DNA of 64,000 nucleotides from Eledone cirrhosa. Lineage: Eukaryota. The notes below the pieces were generated by a model, which ran no database searches, had not been told where the DNA came from, and was given only the letters and a program-made list of their open reading frames with translations. This document shows positions 26,400 to 41,562 of this stretch, in pieces. The position numbers were made by a program, and so were the translations under genes. The number at the start of each line of letters is the position of its first letter. Positions within the stretch are counted from its first letter, which is position 1. The DNA lies in contig OZ024742.1 of assembly GCA_964016885.1 (NCBI GenBank), positions 10,478,001 through 10,542,000 of the forward strand, read 5' to 3'.

Positions 26400-29300
26400 A
26401 CAGCAACCGTAGCAGCAGCAGTCTGAATACAGCAGCAGCTTCAGTACAGCAGCAATGTTTGTGCAGCAGCAGCAGTAGTCTTGATGCAGCAGCAGCAGCC
26501 TCTGTGCAGCATCAGTCTTGATGCAGCAGCAGGCTAGTACAGCAGCAGTGTTGATGCAGCAGAAACAACCTCAGCACAGCAGCAGTCTCGATGCAGCAGG
26601 GGTAATTAATTATGTCTACTGAACTGATAGCAAATGACGACAACATCAGTAACAACAACAGTAACAACAGCAACAACAACAGTAACAACAGCAACAGTAA
26701 CAACAGCAACAGTAACAACAGCAACAACAACAGTAACAACAGTAACAACAGCAACAGTAACAACAGTAACAACTACAACAGTAACAACAACAGTAACAAC
26801 TACAACAGTAACAACAACAGTAACAACAGCAACAGTAACAACAACAACAACAGTAACAACAGTAACAGCAACAGTAACAACAGCAACAACAACAACGACA
26901 ACAACAGTAACAAGTACAACAGTAACAACATCAGTAACAGTAACAACAACAGTAGCAGCAGCAACAACAACAACAGTAACAACAACAGTAACAACAACAT
27001 CCTCACCAATGTCTGCAACACTCATGGTACCAACTGCAGCTACAGAAATAACAACTGCAACAACAACTACAACAACTGGAACAACACCAACCCACAACAA
27101 CAACAATAGCAGTAGTTGCAGCAACACCAATGTCAGCAGCTCTTTTGACATCAATTCTAACTGCAGCAGCAATAATAACAATAACTGTTAATAGAACCTA
27201 CATCAATAATGAGAGGGAGAGAGAGAGAGACGGGGCGAGAGAGAGAGCAAGAGAGATGCACATAAGATCATTCACATAAATGCACGCACACACACACATA
27301 TATGTTTGATTATAGCTGTGTTTTGCCAGGGCTGTCTAGCCTGGGGCTAAACAATAACACTACCATTGACATCAATAAGACTGGTAACAACAACATAAAT
27401 ATTAGCAGTATTCATGTCAATAATACTGGTTGTAACACTACCACCACCACCACCAGTAACAACACCACCACCACCACCACCAATAACACTGCCACCACCA
27501 CCACCAATAATACCACCACCACCACCAATAATACCACCACCACTACCACCACCAACACCAATAACACCAATAACACCACCACCACCACCAACACCAATAA
27601 CACCACTGCCACTACCACCACCAATAACAACACTGCCACCACCACCACCAATAATACCACCACCACCACCAATAATACCACCACCACTACCACCACCAAC
27701 ACCAATAACACCAATAACACCACCACCACCACCACCACCAATAACACCACCGCCACTACCACCACCAATAACACCACCACCACCACCACCAATAACACCA
27801 CCGCCACTACCACCACCAATAACAACACTGCCACCACCACCACCAATAACACCACCGCCACTACCACCACCAATAACACCACCGCCACTACCACCACCAA
27901 TAACAACACTGCCACCACCACCACCAATAACACCACCACCACTACCACCACCAATAACAACACTGCCACTACCACCACCAATAACACCACCGCCACCACC
28001 ACCACCAATAACAACACTGCCACCACCACCACCAATAACAACACTGCCACCACCACCACCAATAACAACACAGCCACCACCACCACCAATAACACCACCA
28101 CCACCACCACCACCACCAATAACAACACTGCCACTACCACCACCAATAACACCACCACCACCACCACCACCACCAATAACAACACTGCCACTACCACCAC
28201 CAATAACACCACCGCCACTACCACCACCAATAACAACACTGCCACCACCACCACCAATAACACCACCACCACCACCAATAACACCACCGCCACTACCACC
28301 ACCAATAACAACACTGCCACCACCACCACCAATAACACCACCGTCACTACCACCACCAATAACAACACTGCCACTACCACCACCAATAACACCACCGCCA
28401 CTACCACCACCAATAACAACACTGCCACCACCACCACCAATAACACCACCACCACTACCACCACCAATAACAACACTGCCACCACCACCACCAATAACAC
28501 CACCGCCACTACCACCACCAATAACAACACTGCCACCACCACCACTACCACCACCAATAACAACACTGCCACCACCACCACCAATAACACCACCGCCACT
28601 ACCACCACCAATAACACCACCGCCACTACCACCACCAATAACACCACCGCCACTACCGCCACCAATAACAACACTGCCACCACCACCACCAATAACACCA
28701 CCGCCACTACCACCACCAATAACAACACTGCCACCACCACCACCAATAACACCACCGCCACTACCACCACCAATAACAACACTGCCACCACCACCACCAA
28801 TAACAACACTGCCACCACCACCACCAATAACACCACCGCCACTACCACCACCAATAACAACACTGCCACCACCACCACTACCACCACCAATAACAACACT
28901 GCCACCACCACCACCAATAACACCACCACCACTACCACCACCAATAACAACACTGCCACCACCACCACTACCACCACCAATAACAACACTGCCACCACCA
29001 CCACTACCACCACCAATAACAACACTGCCACCACCACCACTACCACCACCAATAACAACACTGCCACCACCACCACTACCACCACCAATAACAACACTGC
29101 CACCACCACCACCAACAGCAATAACAACAACAGCGCCAGCAACAATAAAAACAACAGCATCAGCAACAATAACAACAAGAGCACCAACATCACCAACAAC
29201 AACAACAACAACAACAACAGCACCAACAGCAACAACAGCATCAACAGCAACAACAACAACAGCACCAACAACAGCAACAACAGCAACAACAACAACAGCA

Positions 29301-29797
29301 ACAACAGCAACAACAACAACAGCACCAACAGCAACAACAACAACAGCACCAACAGCAACAACAACAGCAACAACAGCAACAACACCAACAGCAGCAGCAA
29401 CAACAGCACCAACAGCAACAACAGCACCAACAGCAACAACAGCAACAACAACAACAGAACCAACAGCACCAACAGCAGCAACAACAGCAACAGCAACAAC
29501 AACAACAGCAACAACAACAACAGCACCAACAACAACAGCACCAACAACAGCACCAACAGCAGCAACAACAACAACAACAACAACCACCAACAGCAACAAC
29601 AACAACAACAACAACAGCACCAACAACAACAACAGCACCAACAGCATCAACAGCAGCAACAACAACAACAGCACCAACAACAACAGCACCAACAACAACA
29701 ACAGCACCACCAACAACAACAACAACAACAGCAGCAACACCAACAACACCAACAGCACCAACAGCAACAACAACAACAACAGCAGCAACAGCAGCAA

Positions 29798-29829
<32 letters not shown>

Positions 29830-30512
29830 ACAACAGCAACAACAACAACAGCACCAACAGCAGCAACAACAACAACAGCACCAACAGCAGCAACAACAAC
29901 AACAGCACCAACAGCACCAACAACAACAACAGCACCAACAGCACCAACAACAACAACAGCACCAACAGCACCAACAACAACAACAGCACCAACAGCAACA
30001 ACAGCACCAACAGCAACAACAATAGCACCAACAGCAGCAACACCAACAGCAACAACACCAACAGCAGCAACAACAACAGCACCAACAGCAGCAACAACAA
30101 CAGCACCAACAGCACCAACAACAGCAGCAACAACAGCAGCACCAACAACAGCAGCAACAACAGCAGCAGCACCAACAGCAGCAACAACAGCACCAACAGC
30201 AACAACAACAACAGCAGCAGCAACAGCAGCAGCAACAACAACAGCACCAACAGCACCAACAACAGCAGCAACAACAACATCACCAACAGCAACAACAACA
30301 GCAGCACCAACAGCACCAACAACAACAGCACCACCAGCAGCAGCAACAACAACAGCACCAACAGCAGCAACACAACAGCACCAACAACAACAACAGCACC
30401 AACAGCAGCCACAACAACAACAGCACCAACAGCAGCAACAACAACAGCACCAACAACAGCAGCAACAACAACAGCACCAACAGCAACAACACAGCAGCAC
30501 CAACAGCACCAA

Positions 30513-30547
<35 letters not shown>

Positions 30548-31140
30548 CCAACAGCACCAACAGCAACAACAACACCAACAACACCAACAACACCAACAAC
30601 AGCAGCAACAACAGCACCAACAACAGCAGCAACAACAGCAGCAGCACCAACAGCACCAACAGCAACAACAACACCAACAACAACAACAACAACAGCACCA
30701 ACAGCTCCAACAGCAACAACAACACCAACAACACCAACAACAACAACAGCAACAACAGCACCAACAGCAGCAACAACAACAGCACCAACAGCACCAACAA
30801 CAACAACAGCAGCAACAACACCAACAACACCAACAGCACCAACAGCACCAACAACAACAACAGCAGCAACAACAGCAATAGTATTTGACCTGCAATGAAG
30901 AACAATGTCAGTTAATTTGATAGCAACAGAAAACAACAGCACCACCACCACCACTACTACTACTACCATTACCACTACCACCACCACCACTACTATCACC
31001 ACTACCACCACCACTACTATCACCACCATTACCACCATTACCACCACCACCACCACTACACCACCACCACCACTACCACCATTACCAGCACTATCACCAC
31101 TACCACCATAACCACCACTACCACTACCACCATCAACAAC
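26400..31140. repeat. Composite trinucleotide satellite (CAG/CAA/CAC/TAA blocks)
   Basis: Direct reading; short unique interruptions at ~27190-27430 and 30880-30930. Confidence 0.92.
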
Positions 31141-31144
31141 ATAC

Positions 31145-32035
31145 ACCATACACTACTAGGTTCTATACACTACATACATTATATACACTACACACTACAT
31201 AGGTTATATACACTACATACATTATATACACTACACACTACATAGGTTATATACACTACATACATTATATACACTACACACTACATAGGTTATATACACT
31301 ACATACATTATATACACCATACACTACTAGGTTCTATACGTTACATACATTATATACATTACACACTACATAGGTTCTATACACTACATACATTATATAC
31401 ACTACACACTACTAGGTTCTATACACTACATACATTATATACATTACACACTACATAGGTTCTATACACTACATACATTATATACACTACACACTACATA
31501 GGTTATATACACTACATACATTATATACACTACACACTACATAGGTTCTATTCACTACATACATTATATACACTACACACTACATAGGTTATATACACTA
31601 CATACATTATATACACTACACACTACATAGGTTATATACACTACATACATTATATACACTACACACTACATAGGTTCTATTCACTACATACATTATATAC
31701 ACTACACACTACATAGGTTATATACACTACATACATTATATACACTACACACTACATAGGTTATATACACTACATACATTATATACACTACACACTACAT
31801 AGTTTCTATACACTACATACATTATATACACTACACACTACATAGGTTATATACACTACATACATTATATACACTACACACTACATAGTTTCTATACACT
31901 ACATACATTATATACACTACACACTACATAGGTTATATACACTACATACATTATATACATTACACACTACATAGGTTCTATACACTACATACATTATATA
32001 CACTACACACTACATAGGTTCTATACACTACATAT
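31145..32035. repeat. 43-bp minisatellite AGGTTATATACACTACATACATTATATACACTACACACTACAT
   Basis: AGGTT at 31201 and 31244; about 20 copies. Confidence 0.92.
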
Positions 32036-32605
32036 GCTGCACACATTACACAGGCTATATACCTGCAACAGTTTAAAACCAGGTAGTCATACTAGTGGAA
32101 AGTTCACCAGGAGGACTTTGTCTGTCTGACTACATATGTGTCTGACTGTATGTATATGTGTCTATATATGTATGTCTGACTATGTATGTATATATGTATA
32201 TATGTATGTATGCATATATGTATGTCAGTTTTTCTTAATTTTAAGTTTATTTGTGCCTGGTCACCTTCCTGGCAGTAAGGAAATAAAGAAAACAACATTT
32301 CTGTTATCCTTTATACAATCATTCATCTTTGAAATTTAGGAATGTTTTACAAATTTCAAAGGTTCCAGATATCTTGGTAATGTTTAGCATATGAATTAAT
32401 GGGCCACATTCTTTGTGCAGGAATCCAAGTTCAGCAATACTATAGTCCATGTGGGTTGGTATATATCCTCCTTTAATAATAGGTAGGAAACTGAATATAG
32501 ATTTTGGGTACTGGAACTGTCATCTTCTCATCAATGGTCGACGGATATCCTCCCCGCCTTGTTTGTATATATCCCCCTCTTGTTTGGGTATATCCCTTTT
32601 CTGTT

Positions 32606-32696
<91 letters not shown>

Positions 32697-32697
<1 letters not shown>

Positions 32698-32950
32698 GTC
32701 GTGGAGGTGCCATGGCAAAAAAGCACCCAGCCCACACTGTAGAGTGGACGTGTGGCGCCACAGAAAAAAGCACCCAGCACTCACTGTAAAGGAGGTTGGT
32801 GTTAGGAAGGGCATCCAGCTGTAGAAATCAAGCCAGCATCAGTTCCTGTATGAGCAAGGCATGGTCAGCCGACCAGACACTGCCCACAACAGGACAACCC
32901 GTCTAACCCATGCTAGCATGGAAGAACGGATGTAAAACGGTGATGATGAT
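32697..32950 (+). mobile_element. RTE 3' UTR with two AAAAAAGCACCCAG modules and GAT tail
   Basis: Near reverse complement of 46307-46565. Confidence 0.85.
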
Positions 32951-33082
32951 ATAGAAGTGGTTACACAACAGTTAGTTCACCATACCCGTATGGTGAACTA
33001 ACTGTTGTGTAACCACTTCTACCTAACTCGTCCCATGGACTGAGTGCTCTACCTCTACGGATATTACCTTCCAGTGTTCTAC

Positions 33083-33119
<37 letters not shown>

Positions 33120-33569
33120 GTGTGTGTGTGTGTATATATAATGTGAAATGTAAACAGAAATAACAAAGCAAACAACACAGTACAATGAAGAAATATACTA
33201 GTTTAATGTTTGAAATAGTAGAGAAAGTGTGTCAATGTTTCAGAGACTAGTCCTTCATCAGGAGATAGAATGAGAAATAAAAGATGGAGTGAGAAGAGGA
33301 AGGAATGGAGAAAATAATTGAGAAAAGAAAGACATCTCTCTTTCTCGATCTACTCCTGTCTTTCTCTCCATCATTGTCTGGCTGCTACCACCACTACACC
33401 AGCCGCTCCCACCTCTCTGCTACATAACAGTTATTATATTACTTCTATATCTCTGCTACAGAAACAATCAGATTGAAGTGATTTACATATTACATAATCA
33501 ATAACTGCTAATCACTGATTAGATTTCAAACCATTGCAACATAGTTAATCTCAGTAGATTATGTACCAA

Positions 33570-33692
<123 letters not shown>

Positions 33693-34056
33693 GCAAAAGT
33701 TTTATTTAAAATTGTTGGGTTACAACAAGTAAATATTTTATAACTGATACAAAGCAATCAACAAGTTTTGGAGTAGATATACGATATTAAACCAACTTCT
33801 TACATGAAAGTTGATCAATATTTATGGTACGTCAAAATTATTTATAAAACTGCTTATATATTGTATTTTATCTGACGAAGGCATGCCATATTTTTAATAT
33901 GGTATCCCCGAAATATGTATAATGAAATAAATATGGTTTTATAAATATAGTTTCCATTTGTTTAATATCGTATATATATATATATATATTTATTTATCTA
34001 TTTATCTATATAACCTATATATCTATCTACCTATCTGCCTCTTATATCACCAACAT

Positions 34057-37000
34057 GACCACTCTACAGAGTGGACTGGGTGCTCTTCGTTGTGTCACAG
34101 GCATAAAACCTCTACAGAGTGGACTGGGTGCTCTTCGTTGTGTCACAGACATAACCACTTACAGAGTGGACTGGGTGCTCTTTGTTGTGTCACAGACATA
34201 ACCACTTACAGAGTGGACTGGGTGCTCTTCGTTGTGTCACAGACATAACCACTTACAGAGTGGACTGGGTGCTCTTCGTTGTGTCACAGACATAACCACT
34301 TACAGAGTGGACTGGGTGCTCTTCATTGTGTCACAGACATAACCACTTACAGAGTGGACTGGGTGCTCTTCGTTGTGTCACAGGCATAACCACTTACAGA
34401 GTGGACTGGGTGCTCTTCATTGTGTCACAGACATAACCACTTACAGAGTGGACTGGGTGCTCTTTGTTGTGTCACAGGCATAACCACTTACAGAGTGGAC
34501 TGGGTGCTCTTTGTTGTGTCACAGACATAACCACTTACAGAGTGGACTGGGTGCTCTTCATTGTGTCACAGGCATAAATCCTCTACAGAGTGGACTGGGT
34601 GCTCTTCGTTGTGTCACAGGCATAACCACTTACAGAGTGGACTGGGTGCTCTTCATTGTGTCACAGGCATAAATCCTCTACGGAGTGGACTGGGTGCTCT
34701 TCATTGTGTCACAGGCATAACCACTTACAGAGTGGACTGGGTGCTCTTCATTGTGTCACAGACATAACCACTTACAGAGTGGACTGGGTGCTCTTCATTG
34801 TGTCACAGACATAACCACTTACAGAGTGGACTGGGTGCTCTTCGTTGTGTCACAGGCATAACCACTTACAGAGTGGACTGGGTGCTCTTCATTGTGTCAC
34901 AGGCATAAATCCTCTACAGAGTGGACTGGGTGCTCTTCGTTGTGTCACAGGCATAACCACTTACAGAGTGGACTGGGTGCTCTTCATTGTGTCACAGGCA
35001 TAACCACTTACAGAGTGGACTGGGTGCTCTTCGTTGTGTCACAGACATAACCACTTACAGAGTGGACTGGGTGCTCTTTGTTGTGTCACAGACATAACCA
35101 CTTACAGAGTGGACTGGGTGCTCTTTGTTGTGTCACAGACATAACCACTTACAGAGTGGACTGGGTGCTCTTTGTTGTGTCACAGACATAACCACTTACA
35201 GAGTGGACTGGGTGCTCTTTGTTGTGTCACAGACATAACCACTTACAGAGTGGACTGGGTGCTCTTTGTTGTGTCACAGACATAACCACTTACAGAGTGG
35301 ACTGGGTGCTCTTCATTGTGTCACAGACATAACCACTTACAGAGTGGACTGGGTGCTCTTTGTTGTGTCACAGACATAACCACTTACAGAGTGGACTGGG
35401 TGCTCTTTGTTGTGTCACAGACATAACCACTTACAGAGTGGACTGGGTGCTCTTCATTGTGTCACAGACATAACCACTTACAGAGTGGACTGGGTGCTCT
35501 TTGTTGTGTCACAGACATAACCACTTACAGAGTGGACTGGGTGCTCTTTGTTGTGTCAGAGACATAACCACTTACAGAGTGGACTGGGTGCTCTTTGTTG
35601 TGTCACAGACATAACCACTTACAGATTGGACTGGGTGCTCTTTGTTGTGTCACAGGCATAACCACTTACAGAGTGGACTGGGTGCTCTTTGTTGTGTCAC
35701 AGACATAACCACTTACAGAGTGGACTGGGTGCTCTTTGTTGTGTCACAGACATAACCACTTACAGAGTGGACTGGGTGCTCTTTGTTGTGTCACAGGCAT
35801 AACCACTTACAGAGTGGACTGGGTGCTCTTTGTTGTGTCACAGACATAACCACTTACAGAGTGGACTGGGTGCTCTTTGTTGTGTCACAGAGATAACCAC
35901 TTACAGAGTGGACTGGGTGCTCTTTGTTGTGTCACAGACATAACCACTTACAGAGTGGACTGGGTGCTCTTTGTTGTGTCACAGGCATAACCACTTACAG
36001 AGTGGACTGGGTGCTATTTGTTGTGTCACAGGCATAACCACTTACAGAGTGGACTGGGTGCTCTTTGTTGTGTCACAGGCATAACCACTTACAGAGTGGA
36101 CTGGGTGCTCTTCGTTGTGTCACAGGCATAAAACCTCTACAGAGTGGACTGGGTGCTCTTCGTTGTGTCACCGGCATAACCACTTACAGAGTGGACTGGG
36201 TGCTCTTCGTTGTGTCACAGACATAACCACTTACAGAGTGGACTGGGTGCTCTTCGTTGTGTCACAGGCATAACCACTTACAGAGTGGACTGGGTGCTCT
36301 TCGTTGTGTCACAGGCATAAAACCTCTACAGAGTGGACTGGGTGCTCTTCGTTGTGTCACCGGCATAACCACTTACAGAGTGGACTGGGTGCTCTTCGTT
36401 GTGTCACAGACATAACCACTTACAGAGTGGACTGGGTGCTCTTCGTTGTGTCACCGGCATAACCACTTACAGAGTGGACTGGGTGCTCTTCGTTGTGTCA
36501 CAGACATAACCACTTACAGAGTGGACTGGGTGCTCTTCGTTGTGTCACAGACATAACCACTTACAGAGTGGACTGGGTGCTCTTCGTTGTGTCACAGACA
36601 TAACCACTTACAGAGTGGACTGGGTGCTCTTCGTTGTGTCACAGACATAACCACTTACAGAGTGGACTGGGTGCTCTTCGTTGTGTCACAGACATAACCA
36701 CTTACAGAGTGGACTGGGTGCTCTTCGTTGTGTCACAGACATAACCACTTACAGAGTGGACTGGGTGCTCTTTGTTGTGTCACAGACATAACCACTTACA
36801 GAGTGAACTGGGTGCTCTTCGTTGTGTCACAGACATAACCACTTACAGAGTGGACTGGGTGCTCTTCGTTGTGTCACAGACATAACCACTTACAGAGTGG
36901 ACTGGGTGCTCTTCGTTGTGTCACAGACATAACCACTTACAGAGTGGACTGGGTGCTCTTTGTTGTGTCACAGACATAACCACTTACAGAGTGGACTGGG

Positions 37001-37220
37001 TGCTCTTCGTTGTGTCACAGACATAACCACTTACAGAGTGGACTGGGTGCTCTTCGTTGTGTCACAGACATAACCACTTACAGAGTGGACTGGGTGCTCT
37101 TCGTTGTGTCACAGACATAACCACTTACAGAGTGGACTGGGTGCTCTTTGTTGTGTCACAGACATAACCACTTACAGAGTGGACTGGGTGCTCTTCGTTG
37201 TGTCACAGACATAACCACTT
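34057..37220 (-). repeat. 47-bp minisatellite (~67 copies) derived from the RTE 3' UTR module
   Basis: Unit ACAGAGTGGACTGGGTGCTCTTYGTTGTGTCACAGRCATAACCACTT; its reverse complement contains GCACCCAGTCCACTCTGTAAGTGGT, like the UTR module. Confidence 0.93.
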
Positions 37221-37472
37221 CACCTCTTGTAATGTCAACTCTGTTGTAAAGCTTCAGGATAGGTTTTTCTTCTAGTTTGAGACTAGTTCCTTCATTTCCT
37301 TCCTTCTCCTTAATTTCAGAGGTCATGAAAAAGGGTCTCTGCACCTTTCCTTCTTGCTAAGCATTAAATAAACAAAAACAAAACAAACCCCAATAAACTC
37401 CATTTTAATCATAAAACCTCAAAGAACCCCTCTAGCATGTTATAGAGACATGGTGAAGAAGGAAAGACAGAT

Positions 37473-37998
37473 ACACCACACACTACACACACACATCACA
37501 CCACATACACACATCACACCACACACACACCACACACACATCACACACACACCACACACATCACACACACACACACCGCACACAGCACACATACATCACA
37601 CACACCACACACCACGCACAATCACACACACCACACACATCACACACACACACCGCACACAGCACACACACATCACACACCACGCACAATCACACACACC
37701 ACACACACACACCGCACACAGCACACACACATCACACACATCACACACACCAAACACACACACACCACACACATCACACCACATACACATCACACCACAC
37801 ACATCACACACACACCACACACATCACACACATATCACACACACACACCACACACACACACCACACACACCACACACCACACACCACACACGCATCACAC
37901 ACCACGCACACATCACACACACCACACACACCACACACACACACCACACAGCACACACATCACACTACACACACATCACACAAACCACCACACAACAC
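37473..37998. repeat. CA-rich degenerate microsatellite
   Basis: Direct reading; a similar tract lies at 38673-39060. Confidence 0.9.
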
Positions 37999-39112
37999 AC
38001 TGCACAATTCTGTAACAATGTTTTCAAGAAAAGCTGCAGTAAATAAGTTGGGGTAACATTAGTCACCCTAATTTCCTTTTAACAGGTTTCTGCACTTAAA
38101 GCGGCCATTTCATGGCTGTTTTTACCACTTGTACATCTTCTCAACATTGGTTCCATATATTGCTGCTTACAATGTTGAATACTTTAACATCTTCTGGCTG
38201 ATTCTCTGCCAATATTGGTGGACTTTTACAGAAGATAGCTACATGTATAGGTTGTTGTCTATGATGGGTGGGGATGTCTGTGGTAGTGGTGGTGGTGATG
38301 GTAGCGGTAGTGATGGTGGTGATGGTGGTAGGGGTGGTGTCTGTGGTAAGGGTGGTGGTAGAGGTGGTAGGGTGGTGGTGGTGGTAGGTGCGGTGGTAGG
38401 GGTGATAGTGACAGTATGGTTGTGTTAAGGCTGGTGATTGTGGTAGTGGTAATAGTGGTGGTGGTGGTAGTGGTGGTGACAGAGGTGGTAGCTGTAGTGG
38501 TGGTGGTGATGATGGTGGTGGTGACACCACCACCACCACCACTCTCTAAAGTCATGACCTTGTTCCCTCTGATACTATTCCAGTGATGTTGCAGTTGTTT
38601 TCAGATGTATTCTTATTTAAGACTACACAGTTGTCTGGCCTTCCTGCCACCACACACTGCATTTTATACCTGTACACACACACACATACTAACACACACA
38701 CACACACTGACTCACACAGACACACACACACATACTAACAGACACACACACACACAGACACACACACACATACTAACACAAACACACACACATACTAACA
38801 CAGACACACACACATACTAACACAGACACACACTAACACACACAGACTCACACAGACACACACACACATACAAACACAGACACACACACACATACAAACA
38901 CAGACACACACACACATACAAACACAGACACACACACACATACTAACACAGATACACACACATACTAACACAGACACACACACATACTAACACAGACCCA
39001 CACACACATACTAACACAGACACACACACATACATATTAACACAGACACAGACACATAGACATACTATATATATATAGATACATACCATAGATATAGTAC
39101 ATATATATATAT

Positions 39113-39250
39113 AGAAAAAAAGATGAGATTGAAAGTGCAACTGGAGTCTTATTTTTTAAAAAATATATATTTATTTGGTTCCTTTACCGGTTTCACAGTT
39201 CTTCTGCCTTTCAAAAGCTGAGTTGAGATGGAGGGTCTGTGGTATTTCTC
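39113..39250 (-). mobile_element. Second copy of the U3-A8 HHR element (HHR 39181-39218)
   Basis: Reverse complement of ~3572-3710; HHR reads GCTT-TTGAAAG-GCAGAAGAACTGT-GAAA-CCGG-TA^AAGG (mutated). Confidence 0.75.
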
Positions 39251-39332
39251 ACACACACATATATAAATACACATACACACACCATAGACATACTATATAT
39301 ATATATATATATACATACACACACCATAGACA

Positions 39333-39379
<47 letters not shown>

Positions 39380-39394
39380 CACACGCCATAGACA

Positions 39395-39459
<65 letters not shown>

Positions 39460-39523
39460 CATACACACACCATTGACATACTATATATATATATATATAC
39501 ACATACACACACCATAGACATAC

Positions 39524-39556
<33 letters not shown>

Positions 39557-39567
39557 CATATACATAC

Positions 39568-39600
<33 letters not shown>

Positions 39601-40217
39601 CATAGACATACTATATATATATATATATACACACACCATAGACATACTATTATCATCATCATCATCATCATCAACGTTTAACGTCCGTGTTCCACGCTTG
39701 CATGGGTTTGGATGGGGGTTTTCCCACTTGAGGCAAGAGTGATTGTCTTGCTCGCATAGGACTGTCTGGCAGGTTTTCTACAGTTGGATGCCCTTCCTAA
39801 CACCAACCACATTTACAGTGTGGGTCTGGGAGGTTTTTACCGTGTTGCCTACACGGCCACATTACAGCGTGGACTGTGTGTTTTTTTGTCGTGACACCTA
39901 CACGATCTCATTTGTTTCGGCCTGGATGGCGCGGCACCAACATAACTTTACATAGAACGGGGTGGTGTGGATGGGGTGGGGGTGGTGGCGGGACGGGGTG
40001 TATTTTGTTAGAGATGCCTACTGGCAAGGCGAGTCTTCTCTGTTACTGAGTACCGCCAAAGGTCTCGGTCCAGTGACATTGTCTTGGAGAGGTGTAAGTG
40101 TGTGAGGTCGGAGTTTATCAGCTCATCCCAGGTTTTTCTAGGTCTGCCTATTCCGTGGCTACCGTCTATCTTTATTGCCCTGCACTTTGTTATACAGCTA
40201 TCGACACACCATAAACA

Positions 40218-40281
<64 letters not shown>

Positions 40282-40785
40282 CATAGACATACTATATATA
40301 TATACACACACACACCATAGACATACTATATATATATATATATATATACACACCATAGACATACTATATATATATACACACACACACCATAGACATACTA
40401 TATATATATACACACACACACACCATAGACATACTATATATATATACACACACCATAGACATACTATATATATATATATACACACACACACGATAGACAT
40501 ACTATATATATATATACACATACACACCATAGACATACTATATATACACACACACACCATAGACATACTATATATATATATACACACACACACCATAGAC
40601 ATACTATATATACACACACACACCATAGACATACTATATATACATATACACACACACCATAGACATACTATATATATATATATACACACACACACACCAT
40701 AGACATACTATATATATATATACACACACACACACACCATAGACATACTATATATATATATACACACACACACACACCATAGACA

Positions 40786-40843
<58 letters not shown>

Positions 40844-40854
40844 CATAGACATAC

Positions 40855-40901
<47 letters not shown>

Positions 40902-40912
40902 CATAGACATAC

Positions 40913-40956
<44 letters not shown>

Positions 40957-41003
40957 TACACCATAGACATACTATATATATATATATATACACACCATAG
41001 ACA
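39250..41003. repeat. CACCATAGACATAC-(TA)n-(CA)n compound array interrupted by an RTE
   Basis: Constant 14-mer with variable dinucleotide spacers on both sides of 39652-40205. Confidence 0.9.
39652..40205 (-). mobile_element. 5'-truncated RTE LINE 3' end
   Basis: DSCITKCRAIKIDG..GRPRKTWDELI, 3' UTR nearly the same as 14350-14740, (CAT)n. Confidence 0.92.
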
Positions 41004-41562
41004 CTGTTGCAGAAATCAATATCTCTAACATCAAAAAGAACATTAAACAAACAAAAATAACAAGAACCAAAAAACATCTACTACAACAACAACAACATGC
41101 TCTACCTCCTCACTCTCTCCTTCACATGTAAACCAGCACACATTACATCTCCCCCTCTCTTTCAATCTCTATATGTAGGTCTCTCTCTCTCTCTCCTTTT
41201 CCCTCTCTTTTTCCATCTCTATATGTAGGTCTCTATCTCTATCTCTCTCCTTCTCCCTCTCTCTTTCAATCTTTATATGTAGGTCTCTTTCTCTGTCTCT
41301 CTCTCTCTGTAGCTCTCTATCTCTCTCTCTTATTTTTTCTGTTCTACCATTTTACTAGGTCAACACAATAAATAGATCTGTATATAAAAGGAGGAACCAG
41401 TAGGAAAGATGTTACCCACAATTCAACATGCTCTCCTCCTCCTCTTACTCCCCTTCCTCCTCTCACTCCTCCACCCTTCCTGCACCAATATCTTGCTCTC
41501 CTTTCTTACAATGCTGGAACTAGATATGGTGGTTCTGGTGCTAGTGTTGAAGACAATGTTGT

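Noticed and set aside
27302-30905. Mucin-, extensin- or polyQ-like ORFs up to 1182 aa
   Set aside because: Open in most frames on both strands because of trinucleotide composition; no domain evidence.
34057-41003. CRISPR-like appearance of regular repeats
   Set aside because: No unique spacers, no cas genes, eukaryotic context.
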